From the NCBI GenBank assembly GCA_022793655.1, contig JAAWDG010000009.1:57405-121404 (forward strand): a DNA stretch of 64,000 bases, in the 5' to 3' direction. This document shows, piece by piece, positions 49,095-59,498 of the stretch. The translations under genes and the position numbers were made by a program. Every line of letters starts with the position of its first letter. Position 1 is the stretch's first letter. This DNA is from Clostridiales bacterium (GTDB lineage: Bacteria > Bacillota > Clostridia > Oscillospirales > CAG-272). The notes under the pieces were generated by a model, which saw only the letters and a program-made list of their open reading frames with translations, ran no database searches and had not been told where the DNA came from.

Positions 49095-49904
49095 ATGAAG
49101 AAAGTTATTGGTATATTAACGGTAGTAGTGGTATTTACCTGTATATTGGCAGGCTGCGATGCAAACGAGAATAAAAAAAAGGTTGCAACAGACGGTTCTA
49201 CCTCTATGGAAAAGGTTATCGGTGCATTGGGCGAAGCTTTTGAAAATGAAAATAGCGGAGTCACTTTTACATATAACCCTACCGGCTCGGGTACGGGAAT
49301 TACAGCGGTTGCAGAAGGCAGATGCGATATCGGCCTTTCCAGCCGTAACCTTAAAGATGAGGAAACAGCAAAAGGACTTGAAGCGACTATTCTTGCTTAT
49401 GATGGTATTGCAGTTATTGTGAACCCGAGTAATCCTGTGGCAGATATGGATATGGAAACAATCGCTAAAATTTATAGAGGTGAAATTACGAACTGGAAAG
49501 ACGTAGACGGCAACGATGGAGAAATTGTTTTAATCGGCAGAGAAGCAAACAGCGGAACCCGTGACGGCTTTGAATCTATCACCGATACAGAGAATGCTTG
49601 TAAATACCGTCAGGAGCTTCCTTCAACCGGTGATGTAATCACGGCCGTTGCCAATAACCCTAACGCTGTCGGGTACGCTTCTGTGGCGTCTGTAAAAGAA
49701 AGTGTAAAAGCCATTGCCGTAAACGGTGTTGCGCCTACCGAAAGTACTATCAAGGATGGCAGTTACAAAATTCAAAGACCGTTCGTTCTCGTAACAAAAC
49801 AAGGTGCAGACCTTTCAAAAACCGCAAGCGAATTTTTTGAATTCTGCTTATCTGAAGAGGCTAAGGCGATCATTTCAGAAGCCGGTGTTGTACCTGCTAA
49901 TTAA
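49095..49904 (+). CDS. pstS: Phosphate ABC transporter substrate-binding lipoprotein
   Basis: MKKVIGILTVVVVFTCILAGC lipobox. GSTS...GSGTG PstS motifs. AAAGGAG RBS. Confidence 0.9.
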   Translation: MKKVIGILTVVVVFTCILAGCDANENKKKVATDGSTSMEKVIGALGEAFENENSGVTFTYNPTGSGTGITAVAEGRCDIGLSSRNLKDEETAKGLEATILAYDGIAVIVNPSNPVADMDMETIAKIYRGEITNWKDVDGNDGEIVLIGREANSGTRDGFESITDTENACKYRQELPSTGDVITAVANNPNAVGYASVASVKESVKAIAVNGVAPTESTIKDGSYKIQRPFVLVTKQGADLSKTASEFFEFCLSEEAKAIISEAGVVPAN

Positions 49905-49956
49905 AAAAACTAAGCGGCGGGGAAACTCGTCGCTTATCGGCATTTGGAGATAATAT

Positions 49957-50832
49957 ATGAAAAATGAAGCAAAAGTAATTGAAAATGCAGTACACGGCGT
50001 CTTTCTGATTCTTGGGCTTATAACCGTTGGCGCTGTACTGTTAATCAGTATATATTTAATTATTTCAGGCATCCCAGCTATTAAAGAAATTGGTCTTTTG
50101 GATTTTATATTCGGTAAGAAATGGACCCCCACCCAAGCAGAAGCAAAATTCGGGATATTGCCGTTTATTCTTACCAGTATTTACGGCACAGCAGGGGCTG
50201 TTTTAATCGGTATGCCTGTGGGTTTTCTTACCGCTGTGTATCTTGCCAAAATAGCTCCTCCAAAAGTAAAGAGAATTGTCAGCTCGGCAGTCAGCTTACT
50301 CGCCGGTATTCCTTCGGTTGTTTACGGACTTGTAGGTATGCTTGTGCTTGTTCCTGCTATTCGTAATATTTTCAATGTTGCTGACGGGGCAAGCCTTCTT
50401 GCGGCAATTATTGTACTAAGCGTTATGGTGCTGCCCTCTATCATTAAAGTGTCACTGACGTCACTTGAAGCCGTGCCGAAAGAATATGAAGAAGGCGCTT
50501 TGGCGCTTGGTTCTACCCCTATAGAAACTTATTTTAAGGTGTCCGTTCCGGCGGCCAAAAGCGGTATCGCAACGGCAATCGTGCTGGGAGTAGGCAGAGC
50601 AATCGGAGAAGCAATGGCAGTAATCATGGTTTCAGGCAATGTAGCAAATATGCCGCATATTTTTGGAAGCGTTCGTTTTTTAACTACCGCAGTATCAAGT
50701 GAAATGTCTTATGTAACAACGGGAAGCCTGCATCAACAGGCGCTGTTTTCTATTGCGCTTGTCCTATTTCTATTTATCATGCTGATAAATGCAACGCTTA
50801 ATTTCTTTTTAAAGAAAGGGAAGGAAAGGTAA
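49957..50832 (+). CDS. pstC: Phosphate ABC transporter permease PstC
   Basis: 291 aa permease. EAA loop YEEGALALGSTP. Confidence 0.9.
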   Translation: MKNEAKVIENAVHGVFLILGLITVGAVLLISIYLIISGIPAIKEIGLLDFIFGKKWTPTQAEAKFGILPFILTSIYGTAGAVLIGMPVGFLTAVYLAKIAPPKVKRIVSSAVSLLAGIPSVVYGLVGMLVLVPAIRNIFNVADGASLLAAIIVLSVMVLPSIIKVSLTSLEAVPKEYEEGALALGSTPIETYFKVSVPAAKSGIATAIVLGVGRAIGEAMAVIMVSGNVANMPHIFGSVRFLTTAVSSEMSYVTTGSLHQQALFSIALVLFLFIMLINATLNFFLKKGKER

Positions 50833-50834
50833 AA

Positions 50835-51713
50835 GTGATAGAAAAAATATCTAAAAAAAGAAAAGCATATATCGTTGTTATGAAGACTTTAATGTATATA
50901 TCGGCAGCCGTTACCTGTGCGCTTGTAGTATTTCTTATCAGCTATGTTTTAGCGAAAGGAATCCCTAATATTTCGTGGAAACTGGTTTCCACGAAACCAA
51001 GCTATCTATCAGGGGATATCGGCATTCTGCCGGATATTCTTAATACATTATATATTATCCTTGCAACGCTCCTTGTTGTTTTACCTCTCGGCGTTGGGGC
51101 GGCGGTGTACCTCACGGAATATGCAAAAAATAAAAAGGTTGTCGGCGCTATCGAATATGCGGCGGAAACGCTTTCGGGTATACCATCGATTATTTACGGG
51201 CTTGTCGGCATGCTATTTTTTTGTCAGCTTTTGAATATGAAAACATCACTGCTTGCCGGCGCTATGACGCTTGTGATTATGAATTTGCCTACCGTTATGA
51301 GAACAGCACAAGAAAGTCTTAAAACCGTACCGGGGAGTTATCGTGAGGGTGCTTTCGGATTAGGTGCTGGAAAATGGCGGGTAATTCGCACCGTCGTTCT
51401 TCCTGAATGTGTTGACGGAGTAGTAACAGGATGTATTTTATCGGTAGGCAGAATTTTAGGCGAATCAGCAGCCTTATTATTCACCGCAGGATTTGCTCAC
51501 GCATTGAACGGCGTTTGGGAGGGGCTTACAAGTTCAGGCGCTACGCTCACCGTTGCGCTCTATGTTTATGCGAAAGAACAGGGTGAATTCGAGGTTGCTT
51601 TTGCTATTGCCGCAATACTGATGATTCTAACGCTTATTATCAACTTGCTTGCTGATTTTGCAGGTTGGTATTTCAAAAGGAGAAAAATAAATGAGTATCA
51701 TTACAGTAAATAA
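50835..51713 (+). CDS. pstA: Phosphate ABC transporter permease PstA
   Basis: 292 aa permease. EAA loop [16 protein letters not shown] start. Confidence 0.9.
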   Translation: MIEKISKKRKAYIVVMKTLMYISAAVTCALVVFLISYVLAKGIPNISWKLVSTKPSYLSGDIGILPDILNTLYIILATLLVVLPLGVGAAVYLTEYAKNKKVVGAIEYAAETLSGIPSIIYGLVGMLFFCQLLNMKTSLLAGAMTLVIMNLPTVMRTAQESLKTVPGSYREGAFGLGAGKWRVIRTVVLPECVDGVVTGCILSVGRILGESAALLFTAGFAHALNGVWEGLTSSGATLTVALYVYAKEQGEFEVAFAIAAILMILTLIINLLADFAGWYFKRRKINEYHYSK

Positions 51714-52446
51714 TCTGAATCTATGGTATAATACTGTACAGCAGGCGCTAAAAAATATCAATATTGAAATTGAAGAAAACACCATTGCTGCTCTTATTGG
51801 CCCTTCTGGATGCGGAAAATCCACCTTTTTAAAAACGCTCAATCGTATGAATGACTTGGTTGCAGATGTGAAAATTGAGGGGGAAGTTTACTACGAAAAT
51901 GTCAATATTTTTGATAAAAGCGTAGATGTAAACGAGCTTCGCCGCAATATTGGAATGGTATTTCAAAAACCCAATCCTTTTCCGATGAGTATTTACGATA
52001 ACATAGCTTACGGCCCTCGTACACACGGGATAAAAAACAAAGTTCAGCTTGATGAAATCGTCGAAGGATCTCTCCGCGATGCCGCTATATGGGACGAAGT
52101 AAAAGACCGTCTTAAAAAGAGCTCTCTCGGCCTTTCGGGCGGTCAACAGCAAAGACTTTGTATTGCGCGGGCTTTGGCGGTAAAACCAAAAGTGCTTTTG
52201 ATGGATGAACCGACATCCGCTCTTGATCCTATTTCTACATCAAAAATTGAAGATCTTGCAGCTGAACTAAAAAAGAAATATACGATCATTATTGTTACTC
52301 ATAATATGCAGCAAGCTGTACGAATTTCCGATAAAACAGCCTTCTTTTTGCTCGGAGAGCTTGTAGAATTCGGAAATACCGAGGAGATGTTCTCAAAGCC
52401 GAGAGATAAGAGAACTGAAGACTATATTACAGGAAGGTTTGGATAA
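51691..52446 (+). CDS. pstB: Phosphate ABC transporter ATP-binding protein
   Basis: [36 protein letters not shown]. Confidence 0.95.
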   Translation: MSIITVNNLNLWYNTVQQALKNINIEIEENTIAALIGPSGCGKSTFLKTLNRMNDLVADVKIEGEVYYENVNIFDKSVDVNELRRNIGMVFQKPNPFPMSIYDNIAYGPRTHGIKNKVQLDEIVEGSLRDAAIWDEVKDRLKKSSLGLSGGQQQRLCIARALAVKPKVLLMDEPTSALDPISTSKIEDLAAELKKKYTIIIVTHNMQQAVRISDKTAFFLLGELVEFGNTEEMFSKPRDKRTEDYITGRFG

Positions 52447-52450
52447 AAAT

Positions 52451-53095
52451 ATGAGAAACAGATTTGATGAACAGCTATTAACATTGAATAAAAAAATGAT
52501 TGAAATGGGGGCGCTTTGTGAAAATATTATTTCTATATCTGCTAATGCGCTTTTAGACGGTAATACAAAAAGCGCGGATGAAGTTAAAAAACACGGCCAC
52601 GAGATAGACCAAATGGAACGAGAAATTGAATCCATCTGTTTAAAACTGTTTCTTCAGCAACAACCGGTTGCCCGTGATTTGCGTCAAATTTCTGCTGCGC
52701 TTAAAATGGTGACGGATATGGAACGTATCGGTGATCAAGCTGAAGATATTGCTGAAATTATTCCTTTTCTTGGCGGCAGAACCGGTGCAGAACTGGCAGA
52801 TTTCAAGCCGATGGCAGAAGCCACCTGTAAAATGGTAACCGACAGTATCGACGCTTATGTTAAGCAAGACGTAGAGCTTGCAAAAAATGTTATCATTCAC
52901 GATGATGTGGTGGACGAATGCTTCAGCCGAGTGAAAAAAACGCTTATTAAAATGATTGGCGATAATGCCGCTGACGGAGAATATGCTATTGACCTTTTAA
53001 TGATTGCGAAATATTTTGAGCGTATTGGAGACCACGCAACCAATATAGCGGAATGGGTTGAATTTTCTGTTACCGGCGTACATAAAGGAGATTAG
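52451..53095 (+). CDS. phoU: Phosphate signalling complex protein PhoU
   Basis: Two PhoU repeats with the E(R)IGD motifs DMERIGDQAEDI and FERIGDHATNI. An alternative TTG start is at 52439. Confidence 0.9.
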   Translation: MRNRFDEQLLTLNKKMIEMGALCENIISISANALLDGNTKSADEVKKHGHEIDQMEREIESICLKLFLQQQPVARDLRQISAALKMVTDMERIGDQAEDIAEIIPFLGGRTGAELADFKPMAEATCKMVTDSIDAYVKQDVELAKNVIIHDDVVDECFSRVKKTLIKMIGDNAADGEYAIDLLMIAKYFERIGDHATNIAEWVEFSVTGVHKGD

Positions 53096-53201
53096 TGTGA
53101 AAAATATTTTTCACACCTATATTTGTTCCTTTTGTTCAAATAGCGAACAAAACATCGTATATGCGATGACGTAACAAATAAAATAAGGAATCGTGATAAA
53201 A

Positions 53202-53879
53202 ATGATGATTTGGTGTGTTGATGACGACAGTACTATAAGAGAAATTGAAGTATATACTTTAATGCAGACCGGCTTTCAGGCTCGTGGTTTTGTAAATGGA
53301 AAAGAAATGCTGGAAGCGTTGGAAACCGAAACGCCGGAATTGATTATACTTGATATTATGATGCCCGAAACAGATGGTATTGAAGCGCTTAGTGTAATCT
53401 GTTCTAATCCGAAGTACAAAAATATTCCTGTGATTATGGCAACGGCAAAAGGTACCGAAATGGATAAAATCAGCGGTCTCAACCTCGGCGCTGACGATTA
53501 TCTTGTAAAGCCGTTCGGCGTTATGGAAATGGTTGCACGGGTCAAAGCAGTGCTGCGCAGAGTGGGCAAAGAGAAAGTTTCAGATGAAATCACAGTTGGC
53601 CATATACTTTTAAAGGAAAAAGAACACAATGTTCATGTTGATGGAAAAAGGGTTGAGCTGACACACAAGGAATTTGACCTTTTATCTCTGTTGATGAAAA
53701 ACGCAAATATTGTTTTCAGTCGTGATAAGCTGATGAATGATATATGGGGTATGGATTATATGGGTGAAACTCGTACCGTAGATGCACATATCAAAACGCT
53801 CAGGCAAAAGCTTGGCGGTGCTGGCAGTCAGATTAAAACTGTTGTAGGCGTTGGATACCGCTTGGAGGCAGACAAATGA
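53202..53879 (+). CDS. phoP: OmpR/PhoB-family response regulator
   Basis: Receiver domain (DDD..., ILDIMMPETDG, ATAKG) plus a winged-helix domain (TVDAHIKTLRQKL). The start is uncertain (53193 or 53202). Confidence 0.9.
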   Translation: MMIWCVDDDSTIREIEVYTLMQTGFQARGFVNGKEMLEALETETPELIILDIMMPETDGIEALSVICSNPKYKNIPVIMATAKGTEMDKISGLNLGADDYLVKPFGVMEMVARVKAVLRRVGKEKVSDEITVGHILLKEKEHNVHVDGKRVELTHKEFDLLSLLMKNANIVFSRDKLMNDIWGMDYMGETRTVDAHIKTLRQKLGGAGSQIKTVVGVGYRLEADK

Positions 53880-55522
53880 AAAAGAAAATATTTTGTTCTG
53901 TTATGCTTGCAGTTATGACAGTATTGGTAGTTGATATTGCGGTTACAACCGGATTTTTGTATAACTATTTCAGCAAAGCGCAAATAGAACAGTTAAGGAG
54001 TCAGCTGCATTATACTGCGACAATCATGAATGCGTACGAAGGAAATTATATTAAAGTACTTGATAATTCTACATATCGTTTTACCTTAATTGCAAGTGAC
54101 GGCACTGTACTTCACGATACGAAGATAAACAGCGCCGAAATGGACAATCACCTTGACAGAGAAGAAATCGAGGAAGCGCTTGCGACAGGCGAAGGCGGCA
54201 GTACGCGTTATTCTTCCACCCTGACTGAAAAAACAATATATGCTTCTCTGAAACTGGATAACGGAGCAATTCTCAGGGCGTCGATTAGTCAAAAAACCGT
54301 TATATCTCTCGGACTTTCAATGCTGCCGTATATTATCGGAATTGCTTTATTGGCGGCAGTAATCTCGTTTGTTTTGGCAAAACGAACGGCAAAAAACATC
54401 ACCGAACCATTAAGCCGGCTTGATTTGAATAACCCTGCCGAAAATAATACTTATGACGAGTTAGTTCCGATTCTCTCTAAACTGAATAAACAGCACAAGC
54501 AAATAAAATCTCAACGGGATGCCTTGCAACAAAAGCAAGATGAATTTGAGCAAATTGTTTCCTCAATGAATGAAGGCCTTGTTTTACTTGATGAACATGG
54601 TATTATACTGAGTATGAATACTGCCGCAAAAAAAATGTTTGTCGCAGATGAAACAATTATCGGGAAAAACTTTTTGACAGTTGACAGAACGCCTGAGATA
54701 AATAAGGTTGTAAACGATGCGCTTGCAGGTCATCATAGGGAGCTTAGAATTCAAAGAAACGGCTGTGAATACCAATTGAATATAAGCTCTATTGTGTCTG
54801 AAACAAAAAAACTCGGTACGGTTATTCTTGCTTTTGATATTACAGACAAGGCTTTTGCCGAGCGTAATCGTCGGGAATTTACGACAAACATAACGCACGA
54901 GCTGAAAACGCCGCTTCAGTCTATCATTGGCAGCGCAGAACTTCTTGAAACCGGGCTTGCAAAACCGGAGGATATAAATAAATTTATCGGTAACATTCAT
55001 AAAGAAGCAACCCATCTTGCCAATTTAATCAATGATATTATTCATCTTTCTCAGCTTGACGAAAATACGGAACCTGCAACTGAGACCGTCGATCTTAGCG
55101 AGGTAGTAAATGAAGTTGCCGACGTTCTTTCGGATTCTGCTGATAAAAAAGGCGTATCACTGTTGATCGACTGTGAACCGCTTTGCATAAAAGGCGTGCG
55201 CAGATATATTTATGAAATCATTTATAATCTTTGCGATAATGCTATCCGATACAATATCGATGGCGGCAAAGTTATCGTTCGCATTTACAATGACAAAGCG
55301 AATACAGTGATTGAGGTAAGCGATACCGGCATCGGTATTTCGCCCGAACATCACGCCCGAATTTTTGAACGCTTTTACCGTGTAGATAAGAGCCATTCAA
55401 AGAAAACAGGGGGTACCGGTTTGGGGCTTTCCATTGTAAAACACGCCGTGCAGTTTCACAGCGGCAAACTTGAGCTTGAAAGCAAGCTTGGTAAAGGTAC
55501 TACAATCAAAGTAATACTTTAA
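53876..55522 (+). CDS. phoR: Phosphate-sensing histidine kinase
   Basis: Two TM helices, PAS, H-box HELKTPL, N-box, G-boxes DTGIGI and GGTGLGLSI. ATG overlaps the regulator stop. Confidence 0.9.
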   Translation: MKKKIFCSVMLAVMTVLVVDIAVTTGFLYNYFSKAQIEQLRSQLHYTATIMNAYEGNYIKVLDNSTYRFTLIASDGTVLHDTKINSAEMDNHLDREEIEEALATGEGGSTRYSSTLTEKTIYASLKLDNGAILRASISQKTVISLGLSMLPYIIGIALLAAVISFVLAKRTAKNITEPLSRLDLNNPAENNTYDELVPILSKLNKQHKQIKSQRDALQQKQDEFEQIVSSMNEGLVLLDEHGIILSMNTAAKKMFVADETIIGKNFLTVDRTPEINKVVNDALAGHHRELRIQRNGCEYQLNISSIVSETKKLGTVILAFDITDKAFAERNRREFTTNITHELKTPLQSIIGSAELLETGLAKPEDINKFIGNIHKEATHLANLINDIIHLSQLDENTEPATETVDLSEVVNEVADVLSDSADKKGVSLLIDCEPLCIKGVRRYIYEIIYNLCDNAIRYNIDGGKVIVRIYNDKANTVIEVSDTGIGISPEHHARIFERFYRVDKSHSKKTGGTGLGLSIVKHAVQFHSGKLELESKLGKGTTIKVIL

Positions 55523-55531
55523 AAAATATTC

Positions 55532-55571
55532 GCCGATGACTTGTGATATATTGACAAGCCGTTGGCTTTTT
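55532..55571 (+). terminator. Intrinsic terminator of the pst-pho operon
   Basis: gccgatgacttgt-gatatattg-acaagccgttggc plus T5. Confidence 0.7.
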
Positions 55572-55698
55572 ATTAAACTTAATAGTATTATCTGATTTAT
55601 TAGGAAATATGCATCTGCTGTGAATGAGCAGTACTCATGTTGCCTTCGCTTGTTTTCACGGCGAGATGTCGGAGTTGTTCAGTCAGAGCAAAATTGAT

Positions 55699-55738
55699 CA
55701 TGCAAAAAGAGACGAATTATTCCGTCTCTTTTTGCATG
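55699..55738. terminator. Perfect 16-bp hairpin, terminator-like in both orientations
   Basis: catgcaaaaagagacg-aattatt-cgtctctttttgcatg. Confidence 0.5.
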
Positions 55739-55766
55739 ATTGACAGTGGCAAATAATATAAATTCA

Positions 55767-55917
55767 TGGTATAATGAAGACACCGTAAAGTGAGTGCGAA
55801 CATAACAAGGTGTCTTCCCGAAAATCCACCGCAAAGCGGTGGATTTTCCAACGCTTTGTGGTATAATGAAACAAATCAAAGATTTGTTTAGGCAGTGGAA
55901 CCCGTTATGGTATAATG
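55767..55917 (+). promoter_or_regulatory. Array of three TGGTATAATG extended -10-like boxes
   Basis: Identical 10-mers at 55767, 55859 and 55908, each followed by a different hairpin or leader. The last faces the ferredoxin gene. Confidence 0.5.
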
Positions 55918-56124
55918 TGGAAAGTGCTAAGGGTTTAAAAAATTGATCGGCTGGTGTATTCGTCACATTTTCTTTCGTGAGTGAATGAATAATTTGCTAT
56001 TTCTTACCATCGGACTCTGCGAAAGGGAATGTGCGGTTTACAAAATCAAAAAGATGTTATAAAAATGGATGCTAGCCAAGTGTTGGCGGCTTACATTATT
56101 GTTTTTTGATAGGAGAGTTATACT

Positions 56125-56310
56125 ATGGAAAAAAGATTAGAAATTATTGTTGAAAATTGCCCGCAAAATCACAAATGCCCTGCTGTAAAGGTTTGTCCGG
56201 TTGGGGCATTAACACAAGAGGAGTTCGAAGCGCCGAAGATTAATTATGATAAGTGTATTAAATGCGGCAAATGCGCTAAGCTTTGTCCGAAAAAAGCATT
56301 GGTTTTGTGA
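56125..56310 (+). CDS. Small 4Fe-4S ferredoxin-like protein
   Basis: 61 aa with [14 protein letters not shown] and [22 protein letters not shown]. Confidence 0.75.
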   Translation: MEKRLEIIVENCPQNHKCPAVKVCPVGALTQEEFEAPKINYDKCIKCGKCAKLCPKKALVL

Positions 56311-56408
56311 ACATCATATAAGTTTCTATAATAATATACATAACAGTTGGGTGTCAATATAGAAAACCTTATGAAAGGTAATATTGAAAAGAAAAGGGAT
56401 TAAGTAAC

Positions 56409-57482
56409 GTGTTTGAAAAATCAATTTCGTGGATAAAAGAATCGGTGGAAAAGGGAATAACACCTTCTGCGGCTATTGCTATAGGGGTGAAGGATCGTTT
56501 GCTGGTTAAGCAAACTTTTGGTTTTACATCGATTACCGATGAGCGTACGCCGGTAAACAATTTGACTTTGTATGATATGGCATCTGTTTCAAAAATGATG
56601 TCGACTTCCATGATTACGCTTCGTATGCTGGCGGCCGGAGAGCTCGATTTAAAGGATCCGATTTCACGTTTTTTAGGAGAAAAGGTTCCGCCAGATAAGC
56701 AAGGCATTACGATTCAGCATTTGCTAACACACACAAGCGGTTTGCCGCCTTATGTGATGCTTTGCGAGCAAATGGACGATGCCTGGGAAGCGCTGCCCTT
56801 TCTATTGTCTATTCCTTTACAATGCGCACCGGGCACAAAAACCATTTATAGTTGTATGGGATTCATTCTTTTGGGCAAGGTGTTAGAGGCAGCAACGCAT
56901 CAATCGCTTGATGTGTTAGCGAAAGAGCAGGTTTTTGCCCCTTTGTCTATGAGCTATACCGGATATTGTCCGTTACAATCAAGTAAGACAGATAAAACAA
57001 ACATTGCTTTTACCGAACAGCGTGCAGGGAAATGGCTGAGAGGGAACGTGCATGACGAAAATGCCGATTTTTTAGGCGGTGTTTCAGGAAATGCAGGCGT
57101 GTTTTCCAACTTAGATGATTGTATTCGATTTGCATCTATGTTGGCTGGGTTTGGTGAAATTGAAGGAAAAACGTATCTGCCGCATGATTTATTTATCTCA
57201 GCGCTGCAAACGGTTCCTTGTGAAAAAGGTCTCTATTATGGGTTGGGTTTCAAGGTGAACACGATGGATCATTTTGAAGGAGGACTTTTTCCGAATACAG
57301 GTTTTGGCCATTTTGGATTTACTGGGACGGAAATTATAGTGGACGCGGCAAATGGTCTTTATATTGTTTTGTTGCAAAATAGGGTGCATCCAACAAGGGA
57401 AAATACCGCGGCGCTTCAAATGCGTGAGACTTTTAATATATTGGCGGCAGATGAGTTTGCCGCGTTTCAGAGAAACCAATAA
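56409..57482 (+). CDS. Serine hydrolase, beta-lactamase/PBP4*-like family
   Basis: SxxK motif (ASVSK), HLLTHTSGL, and a late HFGFTG box. GTG start after AAAAGGGA. Confidence 0.8.
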   Translation: MFEKSISWIKESVEKGITPSAAIAIGVKDRLLVKQTFGFTSITDERTPVNNLTLYDMASVSKMMSTSMITLRMLAAGELDLKDPISRFLGEKVPPDKQGITIQHLLTHTSGLPPYVMLCEQMDDAWEALPFLLSIPLQCAPGTKTIYSCMGFILLGKVLEAATHQSLDVLAKEQVFAPLSMSYTGYCPLQSSKTDKTNIAFTEQRAGKWLRGNVHDENADFLGGVSGNAGVFSNLDDCIRFASMLAGFGEIEGKTYLPHDLFISALQTVPCEKGLYYGLGFKVNTMDHFEGGLFPNTGFGHFGFTGTEIIVDAANGLYIVLLQNRVHPTRENTAALQMRETFNILAADEFAAFQRNQ

Positions 57483-57565
57483 AGGTGTTCTATATTCAGC
57501 GTCTTTAAACGATTCGGCCGTTTGGGTTTTGGCTAAGGGGATTTCACTTTGGTATTATGTAGAAT

Positions 57566-58381
57566 TTAACCAATGGCAATATCTAAGCGGCTGAGTTTTT
57601 CAACCAAGATATCATCTTCTGTAGGCACGTCGGCCATGTCTTCTATTTGATGACGCAGGTTTTGCATAGTGATGTCTGTTTGATGAATAACATCTGCGCA
57701 ATGTTTAAGTTTGTCGGTTATTTCTTGTTGGTTGGGCACGTTTTGTTTGTATTTTAGCTGATGATCTAAACTGGCCCAAAAATCCATAGCGATGGTGCGT
57801 ATTTGCACTTCAACTTCCATATTTCTCTTTTGATCAGAAAAGAATACGGGCACACTCACGATCAAATGAAGGCTTCGATATCCGTTGGGTTTGGGAGAAA
57901 GAATATAATCTTTCTTTTCGATGAGGGTGATGTCGTCTTGCCCGATTAGAGCGTCGGCCAACGTATAAATATCATCAATATACGAACAGACAACGCGAAT
58001 GCCGGCCACATCGTGAATATGTTGCCGAATGCCTTCTAATGAAAAAGGGGCGTTTTTCTTAGCTAATTTTTCAGCAATGCTGGCGGTTTTCTTGAGTCTG
58101 GTTGACACAGAATTGATGGGATTTCGTTGATAGCGGGCTTTAAATTCAGTGTTGAGTACATCAAATTTTGTGTTGATTTCTTTCATGGCGCAGGCGTACA
58201 TCATCATGAGTTCTTTGTAATCGACTATGGTTTCCATAAGTTGCTTGGTTTTATCATAGATGCGACTAACCGCTACACTGGCCGGTACGATTAAATCGCT
58301 TGACTGTGCATTATTGATGGTGTTTTGAATCCATTGATCGATTTGCACTGTATCATTCATATCAAATTGGTTATTGTTCAA
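57566..58381 (-). CDS. Small alarmone synthetase (RelQ/RelP-type GTP pyrophosphokinase)
   Basis: DVAGIRVVCSY, YRSLHLIV, VEVQIRTIAMDFWASLDHQLKYK. TTG 58381 lies 7 nt after AAGGAGA. An alternative ATG is at 58360. Confidence 0.85.
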   Translation of the reverse strand: MNNNQFDMNDTVQIDQWIQNTINNAQSSDLIVPASVAVSRIYDKTKQLMETIVDYKELMMMYACAMKEINTKFDVLNTEFKARYQRNPINSVSTRLKKTASIAEKLAKKNAPFSLEGIRQHIHDVAGIRVVCSYIDDIYTLADALIGQDDITLIEKKDYILSPKPNGYRSLHLIVSVPVFFSDQKRNMEVEVQIRTIAMDFWASLDHQLKYKQNVPNQQEITDKLKHCADVIHQTDITMQNLRHQIEDMADVPTEDDILVEKLSRLDIAIG

Positions 58382-58584
58382 AATTGTTCTCCTTATGATT
58401 CTCATTATTCTCAAATGTGAAATGTTTTGGCTTGTCCAGCAGATAGGCAAACGTGGAAAGCAAGCATGCTGCTTGCTTATATTATAAGATAAAGTTGTTT
58501 TTGAATTAATGAGATTTTATGAGCGAACTATAAAAATCCTCTGACGCTTTCATAGAAGAAAAAAATGAAAAGTTTGGGTGTTGT

Positions 58585-59127
58585 TCATAATTCATTCGAT
58601 AAAGAAAAGTTGTTTTGGCTGATAGTATCTTTTGTTTCGGCGTCGGTGGTAAACAGTGAGAAAGCGGCAAATAAAGTCATCAGTGTTAGACAAAGAATGA
58701 AACTGATCACATGTGCAAAGGTACTGACTATTTGCACTTTTGTTTTATAAAAAAATGAAAACGAGAAAAAAAGAAATACGCCGCCAACGTCAGTCAAGAG
58801 GCTTGCAGCTGTTTGCCACTTATCTGGCAAAAAGGCACATAGCGAAAGAATTGTGAACAAAAGCAGCAGAAAGGGAACAAAGAATATCATATGGTTTTCA
58901 AAAAATAAGTGTCGGAAAAAAAGCCGATCGGCTATAATCCAAACCCCAAGCGGCCAAAAAAGAATTTTCAGGTAATCAAAGGCGGTAGATGCTGTAAGTG
59001 AAAATATCGAAAGAAGCGTGCCGCCAAAAATCCCGTGGGCATAATATAAAAAGGTGCTGCCGGCCAGCACAAATAAAATCGAAAAAAGATAGTATCGGAT
59101 GTATCGATCTGAAATCATAATGTTCAC
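58585..59127 (-). CDS. Hypothetical polytopic membrane protein
   Basis: 180 aa with 5-6 predicted TM helices. No motif recognised. Confidence 0.5.
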   Translation of the reverse strand: MNIMISDRYIRYYLFSILFVLAGSTFLYYAHGIFGGTLLSIFSLTASTAFDYLKILFWPLGVWIIADRLFFRHLFFENHMIFFVPFLLLLFTILSLCAFLPDKWQTAASLLTDVGGVFLFFSFSFFYKTKVQIVSTFAHVISFILCLTLMTLFAAFSLFTTDAETKDTISQNNFSLSNEL

Positions 59128-59180
59128 CTACATTTATTGTATGCTAAAAAGCATTCTTTATTAAAGAACTTAGTAAAGTA

Positions 59181-59209
59181 TTGACATTGTGTGTGCAAAA
59201 TGATAAAAT
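59181..59209 (+). promoter_or_regulatory. Sigma-A-type promoter of the T-box leader
   Basis: TTGACA, a 17-nt spacer, then TGaTAAAAT. Confidence 0.7.
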
Positions 59210-59215
59210 CTTATG

Positions 59216-59465
59216 CATAGACGTTGACGAGCAAGAAGTAGCAGAAATCCTTGGCTGAAGAGAGCTGTCGGTTGGTGAAAGACGGTGTGGGGAACTGCGA
59301 AATACATGCTAAGAGTCCCGTGCTGCAAATTCACGGCGTATGAACGCGTTAAGTTCTGGACAGTTTTAGCTGTTCGCGAGGCTCTTGTTCGAGAGGACAG
59401 AGTGAATTGAGGTGGTACCGCGCTTTGGCGCCCTCTGTAAATTTTATTTTACAGGGGCGTTTTTA
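59216..59465 (+). promoter_or_regulatory. T-box riboswitch leader, probable Tyr (UAC) specifier
   Basis: Stem I elements are AGTA, AGAGAG and GGTGAAA. The specifier loop is GAAA-UAC-A (59303-59305). The T-box sequence is AATTGAGGTGGTACCGCG (59405-59422). The terminator is ggcgccctctgtaaa/tttacaggggcgt plus T-run (59427-59465). Confidence 0.85.
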
Positions 59466-59498
59466 TTTTACCCTGTAAAAATCAGTGGAGGTTTTTGA

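Noticed and set aside
48983-49264. A 93-aa minus-strand ORF across the pst promoter and pstS start.
   Set aside because: It is antisense to pstS and to the Pho-box promoter, and has no RBS.
55679-55966. A 95-aa minus-strand ORF covering the TGGTATAATG array.
   Set aside because: It has no Shine-Dalgarno sequence, and its translation looks random. It runs through four strong hairpins, so the region is better explained as non-coding regulatory or sRNA DNA.
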